DNA of 64,000 nucleotides from Vulcanimicrobiota bacterium (GCA_963695225.1 OY968762.1:2720001-2784000), one strand, 5' to 3'. Counted from the stretch's first letter, positions 20,589-30,645 are shown. Numbers and translations: made by a program. The notes: generated by a model not told the origin, from the letters alone.

Positions 20589-21592
20589 ACGCGGTGCTCG
20601 ACGTGCTCAACGCGGCGCCGCTCTGGCTCGTCGTCACCATCAAGTCGGTGATCTTGCTGGTCGTCGTGCTGACGACGTTCGCATATCTGATGCTCTTCGA
20701 GCGCAAGATCTTGGGCTGGATGCAATTGCGTCCCGGTCCGAATCGCGTCGGCCCGTGGGGCCTGCTGCAACCCGCCGCGGACGCCGCGAAGATGCTCTTC
20801 AAGGAGGATCTCACGCCGAAAACGGCCGACCCGTTCGTCTATCGCTACGCGCCGTTCATCTCGCTGTTCACGGCGATGGCCACCTTCGCGATCATCCCGT
20901 TTTCGGAAAGCGACGGCGTCGTTTGGGGCATCTCCGACGTCAACGCCGGGATCTTGGCGATCTTCGCGTTGACCTCGATCGGCGTGTACGGGATCTCGCT
21001 CGCCGGATGGTCGTCGGGCTCGAAGTTCTCGCTTTTGGGGAGCGTCCGTTCGACCGCGCAGATGATCAGCTACGAGCTTGCGATGACGATGTCGGTCGTC
21101 GGCGTCCTGATCCTCGCCGGAACGACCTCGCTCTCGGGGATCGTCCACGCGCAGCAGCGCGTCTGGTTCGTGATCCCGCAGTTGATCGGCTTCGCGATCT
21201 ACATCATCACCGCGGTCGCGGAGACGAACCGCACGCCGTTCGACCTCGTCGAAGCCGAGACGGAACTCGTCGGCGGCTTCCACACGGAGTACTCGGGGCT
21301 CCGCTTCGGGCTGTTCTTCATCGCGGAATACCTGAACATGATCACGATCGCGTGCTTGGCGACGCTGCTCTTCTTCGGAGGGTGGAACGCGCCGTTCGGC
21401 CTCGTGATGATTCCGGGGATCGTATGGTTCATCCTGAAGGCGTCGATGTTCATCTTCATGTACATCTGGCTGCGCGCGACGCTGCCGCGCATGCGGTACG
21501 ACCGCCTGATGGCGTTCGGCTGGAAGTTCCTGCTTCCGGTGGCGATCCTCAATCTGATGATCACGGCGGCGATCGTCGCCGTGACGGGATAG
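20585..21592 (+). CDS. nuoH: NADH-quinone oxidoreductase subunit H
   Basis: ERK..G.MQ.R.GPNRVGP.GLLQP.AD..K, AQMISYE, AETNR.PFDL.EAE.EL, R.RYD.LM. Confidence 0.96.
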   Translation: MNAVLDVLNAAPLWLVVTIKSVILLVVVLTTFAYLMLFERKILGWMQLRPGPNRVGPWGLLQPAADAAKMLFKEDLTPKTADPFVYRYAPFISLFTAMATFAIIPFSESDGVVWGISDVNAGILAIFALTSIGVYGISLAGWSSGSKFSLLGSVRSTAQMISYELAMTMSVVGVLILAGTTSLSGIVHAQQRVWFVIPQLIGFAIYIITAVAETNRTPFDLVEAETELVGGFHTEYSGLRFGLFFIAEYLNMITIACLATLLFFGGWNAPFGLVMIPGIVWFILKASMFIFMYIWLRATLPRMRYDRLMAFGWKFLLPVAILNLMITAAIVAVTG

Positions 21593-21595
21593 GCC

Positions 21596-22192
21596 GTGCG
21601 CGAATTTTTCAACGCGGTCACCGCTCTCGGCGCCGGCTTCGCAACGACGTTCCGGTACCTATTCAAGAAGAAGCCGACGATCGAATACCCGTCGGTGAAG
21701 AAGCAGCACGCCCCGCGCTTCCACGGCCTGCACGAACTCCGCCGCTACGGCGACGGCAAAGAGCGCTGCATCGGCTGCGAGCTCTGCGCGATCGCCTGCC
21801 CCGCGAACGCGATCACCGTGATCGGCGCCGAAAACTCGCCCGAGCATCGCTACTCACCGGGCGAGCGCTACGCCGCACGCTACGAGATCGACGAGCTGCG
21901 CTGCATCTTCTGCGGCCTCTGCGAAGAAGCGTGCCCGACCGACGCGATCGTCCTGACGCCGCGCTTCGAGATGGCGGATTACCGCCGCGGTGCGTTCATC
22001 TATTCCAAGGACCGCCTGCTCGTGCCGCCCGAGGCCGGCGTCGGCACGCCTCCCGACGAGCGCCCGAACGGGATCCCCGGCGATCTGGGCGCCGTGATCG
22101 AACAGAAGTCCACGGTCGATATCGCCGCCGGTTACGGCGCGACGAACCGCGGTGAGATCCTCAAGACGGAACGGAAGGGGCTCGCCGGATGA
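21596..22192 (+). CDS. nuoI: NADH-quinone oxidoreductase subunit I
   Basis: CIGCELCAIACP and CIFCGLCEEACP. Confidence 0.96.
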   Translation: MREFFNAVTALGAGFATTFRYLFKKKPTIEYPSVKKQHAPRFHGLHELRRYGDGKERCIGCELCAIACPANAITVIGAENSPEHRYSPGERYAARYEIDELRCIFCGLCEEACPTDAIVLTPRFEMADYRRGAFIYSKDRLLVPPEAGVGTPPDERPNGIPGDLGAVIEQKSTVDIAAGYGATNRGEILKTERKGLAG

Positions 22193-22788
22193 TCCTCTTC
22201 GCCGTCCTCGCCGCCGTGCTGATCGTCAGCGCGCTCTTCACGATCACGGCCAAGAAGCCGGTCTACAGCGTCGTCGGCTTGCTGCTGCACTTCCTCGCGC
22301 TCGCACTCCTCTATCTCTCGCTCTCCGCCGAGTTCATGGCCGTCATCCAGATCGTCGTCTACAGCGGCGCGATCCTCGTCCTCTTCGTCTTCGTCATCGC
22401 GCTGCTCTCGAGCGGGATCGCCCCCTTCAGCGTCGGTCCCGACCGCATGCCGCGCGCCATCATCCCGGCCGCGATCGTCTCGTTCGTCACGCTCGCGCTC
22501 GTGATCTTCGGCATCTCGCGCACGCCGTTCATCGAGATCACGAACGTCGGCGCAGCGACGAACGCGGGCGCTCCCGGGCTCGCGGGCGTCTTCGGCAGCG
22601 TCGCGGACTTCGGCGCGGCCCTGTTTACGACGCAGCTCCTCCCCTTCGAGATCACGGCCTTCATCCTGATGGTCGCGGTGATCGGCGTCGTCCTCCTCGC
22701 AGGCGACGCATCCCCCGTGAAAGGCCTGCCCACGCGCCGCCGCCCGAGTTCCGGCGAACGCGAGCCGATCGTGAAGGCGAAATCGTGA
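22189..22788 (+). CDS. nuoJ: NADH-quinone oxidoreductase subunit J
   Basis: AEF.AVIQIVVYSGAI.VLFVFVI, LPFE. Confidence 0.94.
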   Translation: MILFAVLAAVLIVSALFTITAKKPVYSVVGLLLHFLALALLYLSLSAEFMAVIQIVVYSGAILVLFVFVIALLSSGIAPFSVGPDRMPRAIIPAAIVSFVTLALVIFGISRTPFIEITNVGAATNAGAPGLAGVFGSVADFGAALFTTQLLPFEITAFILMVAVIGVVLLAGDASPVKGLPTRRRPSSGEREPIVKAKS

Positions 22789-23090
22789 GCGTCCCGATCT
22801 CGTTCTACATCGCGCTCTCCGCCGTGCTCTTCTTCATCGGCGTCGCCGGCGTGCTCGTCCGGCGAAACCCGCTCATCATGCTCATGTCGATCGAGCTGAT
22901 GTGGAACGCCGCCAACGTCGCGTTCATCGCCTTCTCGCGCGCCTGGCTCACGAACGTCGGCCACATTTTTGCGTTCCTCGTCATCACCGTCGCCGCCGCC
23001 GAAGCCGCGATCGGCCTTGCCATCGTCGTCGTCGTCTTCCGCAACGCGAAGAACGTCGACGTCGATGAAGTCGCGAGCTTGCACGGATGA
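22785..23090 (+). CDS. nuoK: NADH-quinone oxidoreductase subunit K
   Basis: RRNPLIMLMSIELM, VAAAEAAIGLAI; GTGA overlap with nuoJ. Confidence 0.95.
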   Translation: MSVPISFYIALSAVLFFIGVAGVLVRRNPLIMLMSIELMWNAANVAFIAFSRAWLTNVGHIFAFLVITVAAAEAAIGLAIVVVVFRNAKNVDVDEVASLHG

Positions 23091-23127
23091 GGAGTTTGCT
23101 TTCGGCTTGCTCGATGTTGCCCGCGTT

Positions 23128-23289
23128 GCCCGCGGCCGGGTCGGGGCGACGGTTCCCCCGCGGGGACGCCCGCGATTTCGCATCCATGCGAAATCGCTAC
23201 TCGTCCACTTTCCCGCTCCCGCCATCCTGGCTCCGCGGGAAAGCTGGACGCCCCGCGGTGAAACCATCGCCCCGCCCCGCCCGCTACCT
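23128..23289. repeat. Structured palindromic repeat, copy A (~160 bp; REP/MITE-like)
   Basis: Closely similar inverted copy at 28539-28698; internal hairpins GCGATTTCGCATCCATGCGAAATCGC and CTTTCCCGC...GCGGGAAAG; ends in GCTACC. Confidence 0.85.
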
Positions 23290-23370
23290 AGAGGCAGGCG
23301 GAAAGCCGCGGCACGCGCCAAACGGCCATCCGCACGCTATCGCCTTTGCCTCCACTGCTAGCCGGCAGCA

Positions 23371-23525
23371 GTCCTCGTGGGCGGGGCGACGTCCCGTCCC
23401 CGGGGGCTCCGACGACGAGCGGAGCCATGGATGGCGGGAGCGAGGAGCGGTGCAGCGTGAGTTTTCGCAGGATGCGAAAACTCACAGCGGCCCCGGGGAC
23501 GGGATGTCGCCCCGACCGCGAGGAC
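23371..23525. repeat. Structured palindromic repeat, diverged relative C
   Basis: Long outer stem GTCCTCG..GGGGCGACGTCCCGTCCCCGGGG / CCCCGGGGACGGGATGTCGCCCC..CGAGGAC; shares GAGCCA..GATGGCG and TTCGCAGGATGCGAA loops with copies A and B. Confidence 0.75.
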
Positions 23526-23550
23526 GTCACCGTCTAGGAGAACCCCAAGC

Positions 23551-25440
23551 ATGCTGATCACGCTTTGGCTAGCTCCATTGATTGGCGCGATCGTGCTGTG
23601 GAGCTTCGGCCCCGTGCTGCGCGATAAGGGCGGCTGGCTTGGGTCGGGCGTCGTTGCGTTTTCGTTCGTCGAGGCGCTCTCGCTGTTCTCGGCGGCGGGG
23701 GCTCCGCGCGGCGAGCATGCGGTGGGGGTGCAGGAGGCGCTCGTGGCGTGGGCGCCGGGGTGGCAGCTGGGGCTGCTGCTCGATCCGCTTTCGCTGCTGT
23801 GGACGCTGATCATCACGGGCGTCGGGTGCTTGATCCACGTGTACTCGATCGGGTACATGGATGGGGATAAGGCGGTCGCGCGGTTCTTTGCGTATCTGAA
23901 CTTCTTCGTGTTCGCGATGCTGACGCTCGTGCTCTCCGATAACTTCATCGGGTTGCTCGTCGGGTGGGGGCTCGTAGGGCTCGCCTCGTTCTTCCTGATC
24001 GGGTATTACATCGACCGGCCGAGCGCGGTGGCGGCGGCGAAGAAGGCGTTCGTCATCAACGTGTTCGGCGACGTCGGGCTGATGTTCGCGATCTTCGTGA
24101 TCTTTGCGGCGGTCGGGTCCATCACGTATGCGGATACGTTTGCGAATCTCTCGAAGTTCGCGCCGGGCGTGCTGTTCTTGGCGTGCTTCGGGCTGTTCGT
24201 GGCATGTGCTGCGAAGTCGGCGCAGGTTCCGCTGCATACGTGGTTGCCGGACGCGATGGAAGGGCCGACGCCGGTCTCGGCGCTGATCCATGCGGCGACG
24301 ATGGTGACGGCGGGCGTGTACTTGATCGCACGCTGTTGGCCGATGTGGGATGCGTCGCCGGGCGCGCGCGAGATGGTCGGGATCGTGGGGGCCGTCACGG
24401 CTCTGGCGGGGGCGATTCTGGGCGTCGTGCAGTGGGATATCAAGCGGATCCTCGCCTATTCGACGATGAGCCAGATCGGCTACATGATCATGGGCGTAGG
24501 CGTCGGAGCGTACGAGGCGGGCGTGCTGCATTTCTTCACGCACGCGTTCTTCAAGGCGCAACTGTTCCTTGGAGCGGGCCTGATCATTCATGCGCTCGGA
24601 GACGAGCAAGACGTGCGCAAGATGGGCGGGCTGAGGAAAAAGATGCCGTTTGCATTTCTTGCGATGCTGACGGGGACGCTCGCGATTTGCGGGATCCCGC
24701 CGTTCAGCGGCTTCTACAGCAAGGATGCGGTCATCTACGGCGCGCTCGCGCACGGGCATCCGGCGCTGTTTGCGGTCGGAGTGCTCGTCGCGGGGATCAC
24801 GGCGTTCTACATGTTCCGCATGATCTTCATCGTGTTCTTCGGGAGCGATCGGACGGAGCCGCATCACGCGCATCACGGGCACGCCCCGGCGTGGCTCACG
24901 CAGCTTCCGGTCGGGGTGTTGATCGTCCCGACGGTCTTTGCGGGGTTGGTTTCAGTCGGCGGCGAGCAGAGCCCGTGGGGGCGGTTCCTCGGCCCCGTGT
25001 TCGAGGGCGCGACGAAGGTCGAGACGGCGGCGCTTCCGGAGTGGGCGGCGACGGTGCTCGTGCTCGCCGTCGTTATTGTGGGGATCGCGCTTGCGAGCTT
25101 GCGGTATGTCACGGGGGCCGCCGTGCGTTCGGACGATCGCGCGGTGCTCGCGCGGGAGACGGCGAGCGTTCCCCCCGTGCTCGCGAACGCGTATTACGTC
25201 GATGCGGCGCTCGAGCTTTGCTTCGTGCGGCCGGCGCGCGCCGTTGGGACGGCGTTCTCACGGTTCGTCGATCCGAACGTGATCGATGCGATCGTCCGGG
25301 CCGTCGCGAGCGGGGCGGTGTGGCTCGGGTTCGAGTTCCGGACGCTGCAGACGGGGCTCCTGCGCGGTTACGCGCTCACGATCGTCGTCGGCGCCGCGTG
25401 CGTGCTCGGCTACTTCGTATGGCTGGGAGCGGCGCGATGA
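23551..25440 (+). CDS. nuoL: NADH-quinone oxidoreductase subunit L
   Basis: IHVYSIGYM, KSAQVPLHTWLPDAMEGPTPVSALIHAATMVTAGVYL, THAFFKA; AGGAG RBS. Confidence 0.96.
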   Translation: MLITLWLAPLIGAIVLWSFGPVLRDKGGWLGSGVVAFSFVEALSLFSAAGAPRGEHAVGVQEALVAWAPGWQLGLLLDPLSLLWTLIITGVGCLIHVYSIGYMDGDKAVARFFAYLNFFVFAMLTLVLSDNFIGLLVGWGLVGLASFFLIGYYIDRPSAVAAAKKAFVINVFGDVGLMFAIFVIFAAVGSITYADTFANLSKFAPGVLFLACFGLFVACAAKSAQVPLHTWLPDAMEGPTPVSALIHAATMVTAGVYLIARCWPMWDASPGAREMVGIVGAVTALAGAILGVVQWDIKRILAYSTMSQIGYMIMGVGVGAYEAGVLHFFTHAFFKAQLFLGAGLIIHALGDEQDVRKMGGLRKKMPFAFLAMLTGTLAICGIPPFSGFYSKDAVIYGALAHGHPALFAVGVLVAGITAFYMFRMIFIVFFGSDRTEPHHAHHGHAPAWLTQLPVGVLIVPTVFAGLVSVGGEQSPWGRFLGPVFEGATKVETAALPEWAATVLVLAVVIVGIALASLRYVTGAAVRSDDRAVLARETASVPPVLANAYYVDAALELCFVRPARAVGTAFSRFVDPNVIDAIVRAVASGAVWLGFEFRTLQTGLLRGYALTIVVGAACVLGYFVWLGAAR

Positions 25441-26894
25441 TTCTCGAGCTCGTCCTCGTTCCGATCCTCTCCGGGCTCGCGCTCTATGCGCTGCCGCGCA
25501 GCAATGAGGTCGTCGCGAAGTGGGTCGCGGTTGCGATCGCGGCGACGGTCTTCGCGATGACCGCGATCTCCGCCGATGCGCCGGACATTTCGATCCCGTG
25601 GCTCTCGCGGCCGTTCACGTCGGTGTTCCATTTCGGGCTCGGACACGGGCCTTCGTATTGGATCGCGTCGCTGCTCGGGTTGACGACGGTCTGCGCGCTG
25701 CTCGCTGCCCAGGTTCCGCGCTTGCGCGATTTTTGCGCGCAGATGTTGATCTCGTACGGCGCGATGCTCGGCGTCTTCCTCGCCCGCGATCTCCTGATGT
25801 TCGCGCTGTTCTGGGATCTGATGCTGATCCCGGTCTTCTTGATCTTGCTCGCGTGGGGAAGCAGCCGCGATAGTTCGAGCGCGTGGCGCTACTTGATCTA
25901 CAATCTCACCGGCGGCCTCGCGTTGTTGCTCGCGACGGCGGCGTTCGGCGTCGTCGCCGGGACGACGGACGTGATCGGCAGGCCGTTCGGCCCCGATCTC
26001 TCCGAGATCGGCAGCGTGTGGGGGCCGTGGGTCTTCGCGGGCTTCGCGCTCGCGTTCGCGATCAAGACGCCGGTCTGGCCTTTCCACACCTGGATGCCCG
26101 CGACGTATACGGACCTGCCTGCGCCCGCCGTCGCCGTCGTGAGTGCGGTTCAATCGAAAGCGGGATTGTACGGGCTGCTGGTGATCGGCCTCGGGTTGTT
26201 CCCGACCTACGTGCACGCAGCGGTTCCGATCGTCGTGACGCTCGGTTTCGTCGGGCTGTTCTATGGCGCGTTCGTCGCGCTCGTCAGCGACGATGCGAAG
26301 CTCGTCGTCGGGTACTCGTCGCTCTCGCATCTCGGGTTGATCGCGATCGCGATCGTCGCCGGAAATCAGCTCGCGCTCGGGGGCGCGCTCGTGTACATCG
26401 TCGCGCACGGCTTGTTCAGCGCCGGCCTCTTCCTCGTGCTCGGAGCGGTCGAAGGGCGCGAGGAGACGCGTTCCTTGCGCCGCCTCAGCGGTCTTGGGAC
26501 GGAGAATCCGCGCCTCGCCGGAGCGGTCGCGATCATGGCGCTCGCGGCGCTCGGTTTACCGGGCCTCGCCGGGTTCGCGGGCGAGATCTTGATTCTAGTG
26601 GGCCTCTATCAAGCGGGAGCCACCTGGGTTGCGATCCTCGCGCTCATCCCCGTCGTTCTCGCAGCCGCGTACATGCTGCGCATTTTCCAGGGGATGATGC
26701 ACGGCCCGCAGCACGCCGATCTCCCCGTGCGCGCGGATCTCTCCGCGTTGGAGTTCGCGGCGCTCGCGCCGCTCGTCGTGGCGATCGTGATGCTCGGCTT
26801 CGATCCCGGCCCGCTCGTCGCCGCGATCCCCCCTAGTTCCGGCCCGGCGCAGAGCGCCGCCCCGGCACCCCCCGCGAACGTGGCGGTGAAGTGA
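25437..26894 (+). CDS. nuoM: NADH-quinone oxidoreductase subunit M
   Basis: FAIKTPVWPFHTWMP, YSSLSHLG, AHGL, GLPGLAGFAGE; ATGA overlap with nuoL. Confidence 0.94.
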   Translation: MILELVLVPILSGLALYALPRSNEVVAKWVAVAIAATVFAMTAISADAPDISIPWLSRPFTSVFHFGLGHGPSYWIASLLGLTTVCALLAAQVPRLRDFCAQMLISYGAMLGVFLARDLLMFALFWDLMLIPVFLILLAWGSSRDSSSAWRYLIYNLTGGLALLLATAAFGVVAGTTDVIGRPFGPDLSEIGSVWGPWVFAGFALAFAIKTPVWPFHTWMPATYTDLPAPAVAVVSAVQSKAGLYGLLVIGLGLFPTYVHAAVPIVVTLGFVGLFYGAFVALVSDDAKLVVGYSSLSHLGLIAIAIVAGNQLALGGALVYIVAHGLFSAGLFLVLGAVEGREETRSLRRLSGLGTENPRLAGAVAIMALAALGLPGLAGFAGEILILVGLYQAGATWVAILALIPVVLAAAYMLRIFQGMMHGPQHADLPVRADLSALEFAALAPLVVAIVMLGFDPGPLVAAIPPSSGPAQSAAPAPPANVAVK

Positions 26895-28333
26895 TGCAGA
26901 CGCTCGCGAATCCGTACACCTCAGCCGATTGGGCGCCGCTCATCCCGATGCTCGTCGTCGCGGCGGCGGCGCTCGCCGTGCTGGTCGCCGATCTGATCTT
27001 ACCGAAGCCCGTGCGGCGCGCGACGGCCGTTGCGACGAGCGCGCTCGGCCTCGCCGTCGCCGCCGGGCTCGCGCTCTCCGGCTGGGGCCAAACGCACGCC
27101 GCGTTCGGCGGCGCGTTCATGAGCGGCGGCTTCACGATCGTCTTCGAAGAAGTCTCGCTCGTAGCGGCGCTCTTCACCGTCGCGCTCTCGTACGCGCTCG
27201 GCCGCGACGACCAAGCCGCGGGCGCGCTCGCGCTCGTGCTCTTCGCGACGTGCGGCGCGATGCTGATGGCCGGCGCCGGGAACTTGATGACGATCTTTCT
27301 CGGCCTCGAGTTGCTGTCGCTCGCGCTCTATTGCCTCTGCGGTTTCTCCAAGCGCACCGGCGCCCGCGAATCGGCGCTGAAATACCTGATCCTCTCCTCG
27401 ATGGCCTCGGGCTTCATGCTCTACGGCATGGCGCTGCTCTTCGGCGCGACCGGGAGCGTCGCGCTCTCCGCCCTCGAGCTTCCGCCGGTCGCGAATCTGT
27501 GGTACACGATGGGGCTCGGCCTGTTCTTGATCGGGCTCCTCTTCAAGCTCGGACTCGTGCCGTTCCATGTCTGGGTGCCGGACGTCTACGAAGGCGCCCC
27601 GCTCGCCGTCACCGCGTACATGAGCGTCGCCACGAAAGCCGGAACGCTCGCCGTCCTCGCGCGCCTCATCTACGCAGCGCTCCCGGGCCCGCTCCACGAA
27701 GCGATCCTCGCGCCGCTCTGGCTCGTCGCCGGGCTCTCGATGATCGTCGGCAACGTTGCCGCGCTCGCGCAGCGCGACATGAAGCGCCTGCTGGCCTACT
27801 CCGGCATCGCGCAAGTCGGCTACATCGTCGCCGCGCTCGCCGGCACAACGCCGCTCGGCCTGCGCTACGCGATGCTCTACCTCGTGGCCTACGCGTTCAT
27901 GAACCTGGGAGCATTCGCCGTCGTCGCGCTGCTCTCGCGCGAGCACGACGAAGGCTCGCGTCTCGAAGCCTTCTCGGGCCTCGGCTACCGCCGCCCCATC
28001 CTCGCCGCCTGCATGACGTTCTTCCTGCTCGGCCTCGCCGGCCTACCCCCGACCGCCGGCTTCACCGCGAAGGTCCTGATCCTCGCAACGAACGTCGGAG
28101 CCGGTTTCGCCTGGCTTGCAGGCCTGCTGATCGCGGGCACCGCCATCTCCGCGTACGCGTACTTCAAAGTCATCCGCGCGATGTACGCCCGCTCGTTCGG
28201 CACGCCGCTGCAAAAGAACGTCGCCCCCGCCAGCCTCCTCCCCTGGATCGGAGTCGGCATCGGCGCCCTCGCAACGCTCATCCTCGGCCTCTACCCGCGC
28301 TTCCCCAGCGATATTCTGCCGCTAATCAAGTAG
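26891..28333 (+). CDS. nuoN: NADH-quinone oxidoreductase subunit N
   Basis: ESALKY, FKLGLVPFHVWVPDVYEGAP, KRLLAYSGIAQ.GY, GLPPTAGF.AK. Confidence 0.95.
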   Translation: MMQTLANPYTSADWAPLIPMLVVAAAALAVLVADLILPKPVRRATAVATSALGLAVAAGLALSGWGQTHAAFGGAFMSGGFTIVFEEVSLVAALFTVALSYALGRDDQAAGALALVLFATCGAMLMAGAGNLMTIFLGLELLSLALYCLCGFSKRTGARESALKYLILSSMASGFMLYGMALLFGATGSVALSALELPPVANLWYTMGLGLFLIGLLFKLGLVPFHVWVPDVYEGAPLAVTAYMSVATKAGTLAVLARLIYAALPGPLHEAILAPLWLVAGLSMIVGNVAALAQRDMKRLLAYSGIAQVGYIVAALAGTTPLGLRYAMLYLVAYAFMNLGAFAVVALLSREHDEGSRLEAFSGLGYRRPILAACMTFFLLGLAGLPPTAGFTAKVLILATNVGAGFAWLAGLLIAGTAISAYAYFKVIRAMYARSFGTPLQKNVAPASLLPWIGVGIGALATLILGLYPRFPSDILPLIK

Positions 28334-28368
28334 CCGCGCGTCTCGGCGGGCTACCGGTCGCAGGGCCC

Positions 28369-28485
28369 GCGTGCGGTGCGGGACGACAGGGGGCGTCGAG
28401 ACCGCCGCCGGCCTCTCGCCGTCCTTGGCTGCGGCCGGCGGTCGGAGCTCTCGCCGCCCCCTGTCGTCCCGCACCGCACGCTACC
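28369..28485. repeat. Structured palindromic repeat, relative D
   Basis: 27-bp perfect stem GCGTGCGGTGCGGGACGACAGGGGGCG / CGCCCCCTGTCGTCCCGCACCGCACGC; inner TCTCGCCGTCCTTGGCT loop like copies A and B; ends in GCTACC. Confidence 0.75.
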
Positions 28486-28538
28486 GCCAGGCCGGCGCGC
28501 AGCTGCCTGACGTAAATCTCGCGCGACTCACGCTCCCC

Positions 28539-28698
28539 AGGTAGCGGGCGGGGCGGGGCGACGCTCTCCCGCGGGGCGTGCAGCTTTCCGGCGGAGCCAC
28601 GATGGCGAGAGCCGGAAAGTGCACGAGTAGCGATTTCGCATGGATGCGAAATCGCGGGCGTCCCCGCGGGGGAGTGTCGTCCCGCCCCGGCCGCGGGC
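28539..28698. repeat. Structured palindromic repeat, copy B (inverted relative to copy A)
   Basis: Its reverse complement aligns end to end with 23128-23289; begins GGTAGC. Confidence 0.85.
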
Positions 28699-28747
28699 CC
28701 CGCGATAGGTCCGGCGATCCCCTACGAATTGCGAGCTTGTTGCCGGC

Positions 28748-30346
28748 TCAGTTGACGCGTTTGTCTTTGCCGGCCCATTCCTTTTCGCGGAGCAGGTACT
28801 TCTGGATTTTGCCGGTCGAGGTCTTCGGCAGGTCTTCGAACGCGATTTGCTTCGGCGTCTTGAAGCCGGGTAAGAGCGTGCGGCAGTGGGCGATGATTTC
28901 TTCGGCGGTGATCGTCGCGCCCGGCTTCGGCACGATGTAGGCTTTGGGGACTTCGCCCCACTTCGGGTCGGGGACGGCGATGACGGCGCATTCCATGACG
29001 GCGGGGTGCTCGAGGATCGCTTTTTCGACTTGTTGCGTCGAGATGTTCTCGCCGCCGGAGATGATGACGTCCTTCGAGCGGTCGAGGATTTCGAGGTAGC
29101 CGTCGGGGTGCATCGCTGCGATGTCGCCCGAGTGGAACCAGCCGCCGTGGAAGGCCTTCGCGGTGCCCTCGGGGTCGTTGAAGTAGCCCTTCATCACGTT
29201 GTTGCCGCGCATGACGATTTCGCCTTGCGTATGGCCGTCGCTCGGGACGTCGTTCAGCTCGGGGTCGACGACTCGGATCTCGTGCGCGCCGACGGTGATC
29301 ATCGGGACGCCTTGGCGGGCCTTCAGGCGGGCGCGCGCCGGTGCGTCGAGTGCGTCCCATTGCGCTTGCCATTGGCAGACGCTGATGGGGCCGTAGGTTT
29401 CAGTGAGGCCGTAGACGTGGGTGATCGTCGCGCCGAGCGCTTCCATTTGCGCGATCGTCGCGGGCGCGGGCGGCGCGCCGGCGGTCGTGACGGAGATCGG
29501 CTTGGCGAAGGGCTTCACGTCCGGGTGGTTCGCGAGGGAGATCAGGACGGTCGGCGCCCCGCACATGTGGGAGACGCCTTCGCGCTCGATGAGGTCGAGC
29601 ACGACCTTAGGATCGACCTTCGGCAGGCAGACGTGCGTCGCGCCGGCGGCGGTGACGGCCCACGGAAAACACCAGCCGTTGCAGTGGAACATCGGCAGCG
29701 TCCACAGGAAGACGCTCTCGGGGCGCAGGTTCGCGTGGTAGATTTCGGAGAGTGCGTTGACCGCTGCGCCGCGATGCGTGTACATCACGCCCTTCGGCTG
29801 GCCCGTCGTCCCGCTCGTGTAGTTGATGGAGATCGTCGCGTCTTCGTCGGTGACGGGGTTGACGATCGGTTCGCTCGACGCGGCGGCGAGGCTCGCTTCG
29901 AAATCGAGCTCCGCGCCGGGGTTCGGCGTGCCGATGCAAACGCGGCGGACGCCCGCAGCGATGCCGGAGAGTAGTGGTGCGAACTCCGCATCATAAAGGA
30001 TGACGCTCGCGCCGCAGTGGCCGACGATGTAGGAGATCTCGGGCGCCAGCAGGCGCGTGTTCAGCGCGCAGAGGATCCCGCCCGCGAGAGGTACCGCGAA
30101 ATGCGCTTCTAGGAGCGCCGATTCGTTCTTCGCCAGGACCGCGACGCGGTCGCCGCTCGAGACGCCGAGCGAGTGCAGGAAGTGCGCGAAGCGGTAGACG
30201 CGCTCCAGCATCTGCGGATAGGTTCTGCGGATCGGGCCGTCGATGACCGCGATCTTCTCGCGAAAGACGTACGCGGAACGTTCAAGGTAATCGATGGGCG
30301 AGAGCCGGCGTAGGTGGATCGCGGCCGGGGCTGCGGTTTCGAGCAT
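28748..30346 (-). CDS. Acyl-CoA synthetase (AMP-binding family)
   Basis: YTSGTTGQPKGV, TLPMFHCNGW, YGLTE, GWFHSGD, DVIISGGENIS, LPKTSTGKIQK; ATG 30346 preferred over TTG 30364. Confidence 0.93.
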   Translation of the reverse strand: MLETAAPAAIHLRRLSPIDYLERSAYVFREKIAVIDGPIRRTYPQMLERVYRFAHFLHSLGVSSGDRVAVLAKNESALLEAHFAVPLAGGILCALNTRLLAPEISYIVGHCGASVILYDAEFAPLLSGIAAGVRRVCIGTPNPGAELDFEASLAAASSEPIVNPVTDEDATISINYTSGTTGQPKGVMYTHRGAAVNALSEIYHANLRPESVFLWTLPMFHCNGWCFPWAVTAAGATHVCLPKVDPKVVLDLIEREGVSHMCGAPTVLISLANHPDVKPFAKPISVTTAGAPPAPATIAQMEALGATITHVYGLTETYGPISVCQWQAQWDALDAPARARLKARQGVPMITVGAHEIRVVDPELNDVPSDGHTQGEIVMRGNNVMKGYFNDPEGTAKAFHGGWFHSGDIAAMHPDGYLEILDRSKDVIISGGENISTQQVEKAILEHPAVMECAVIAVPDPKWGEVPKAYIVPKPGATITAEEIIAHCRTLLPGFKTPKQIAFEDLPKTSTGKIQKYLLREKEWAGKDKRVN

Positions 30347-30561
30347 GCTGACCTGCACTTGCAAGATGGTTGTTCCATGCGGGGTTTGGCTTCGGGGTCT
30401 CGCCTCCCTCGGCGCGCTAGCGGCCGGCCCACTCTTCGACGGGCTCTGGGTGACATGGCGGCGGGCCGGGCTTTTTCGCTCCCGTGCGGCCCTCGGGCGA
30501 CGGGTCGCTCAGGTAACGACGGCGCCGGGCTCCGGACGATGTGGGCCGCGGCTCTACACAA

Positions 30562-30645
30562 TCTTAACCCTCCGCTACGACTTTGGTCGGTTTCGGGACT
30601 AAAGACTGTGCGGTTAAATGACGCTGACTAAAGTGAGCGGACTCA
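30562..30645 (+). promoter_or_regulatory. Repeated GAC-N4-G(T/A)(C/G) boxes / alternative hairpins upstream of the secreted-protein operon
   Basis: GACTTTGGTC 30579-88, GACTAAAGAC 30597-606 and GACTAAAGTG 30626-35 in a comparatively AT-rich intergenic region. Confidence 0.45.

Noticed and set aside
23087..23557. ORFs across the nuoK-nuoL gap and 28578-28940 sharing the peptide TSSDFAWMRNRGRPRGG
   Set aside because: The similarity comes from translating the DNA repeat; there is no RBS or coding-like composition.
23128..28698. Composite transposon or CRISPR array
   Set aside because: No transposase or cas gene, no target-site duplication seen, no regular repeat-spacer period; the cargo is core nuoLMN.
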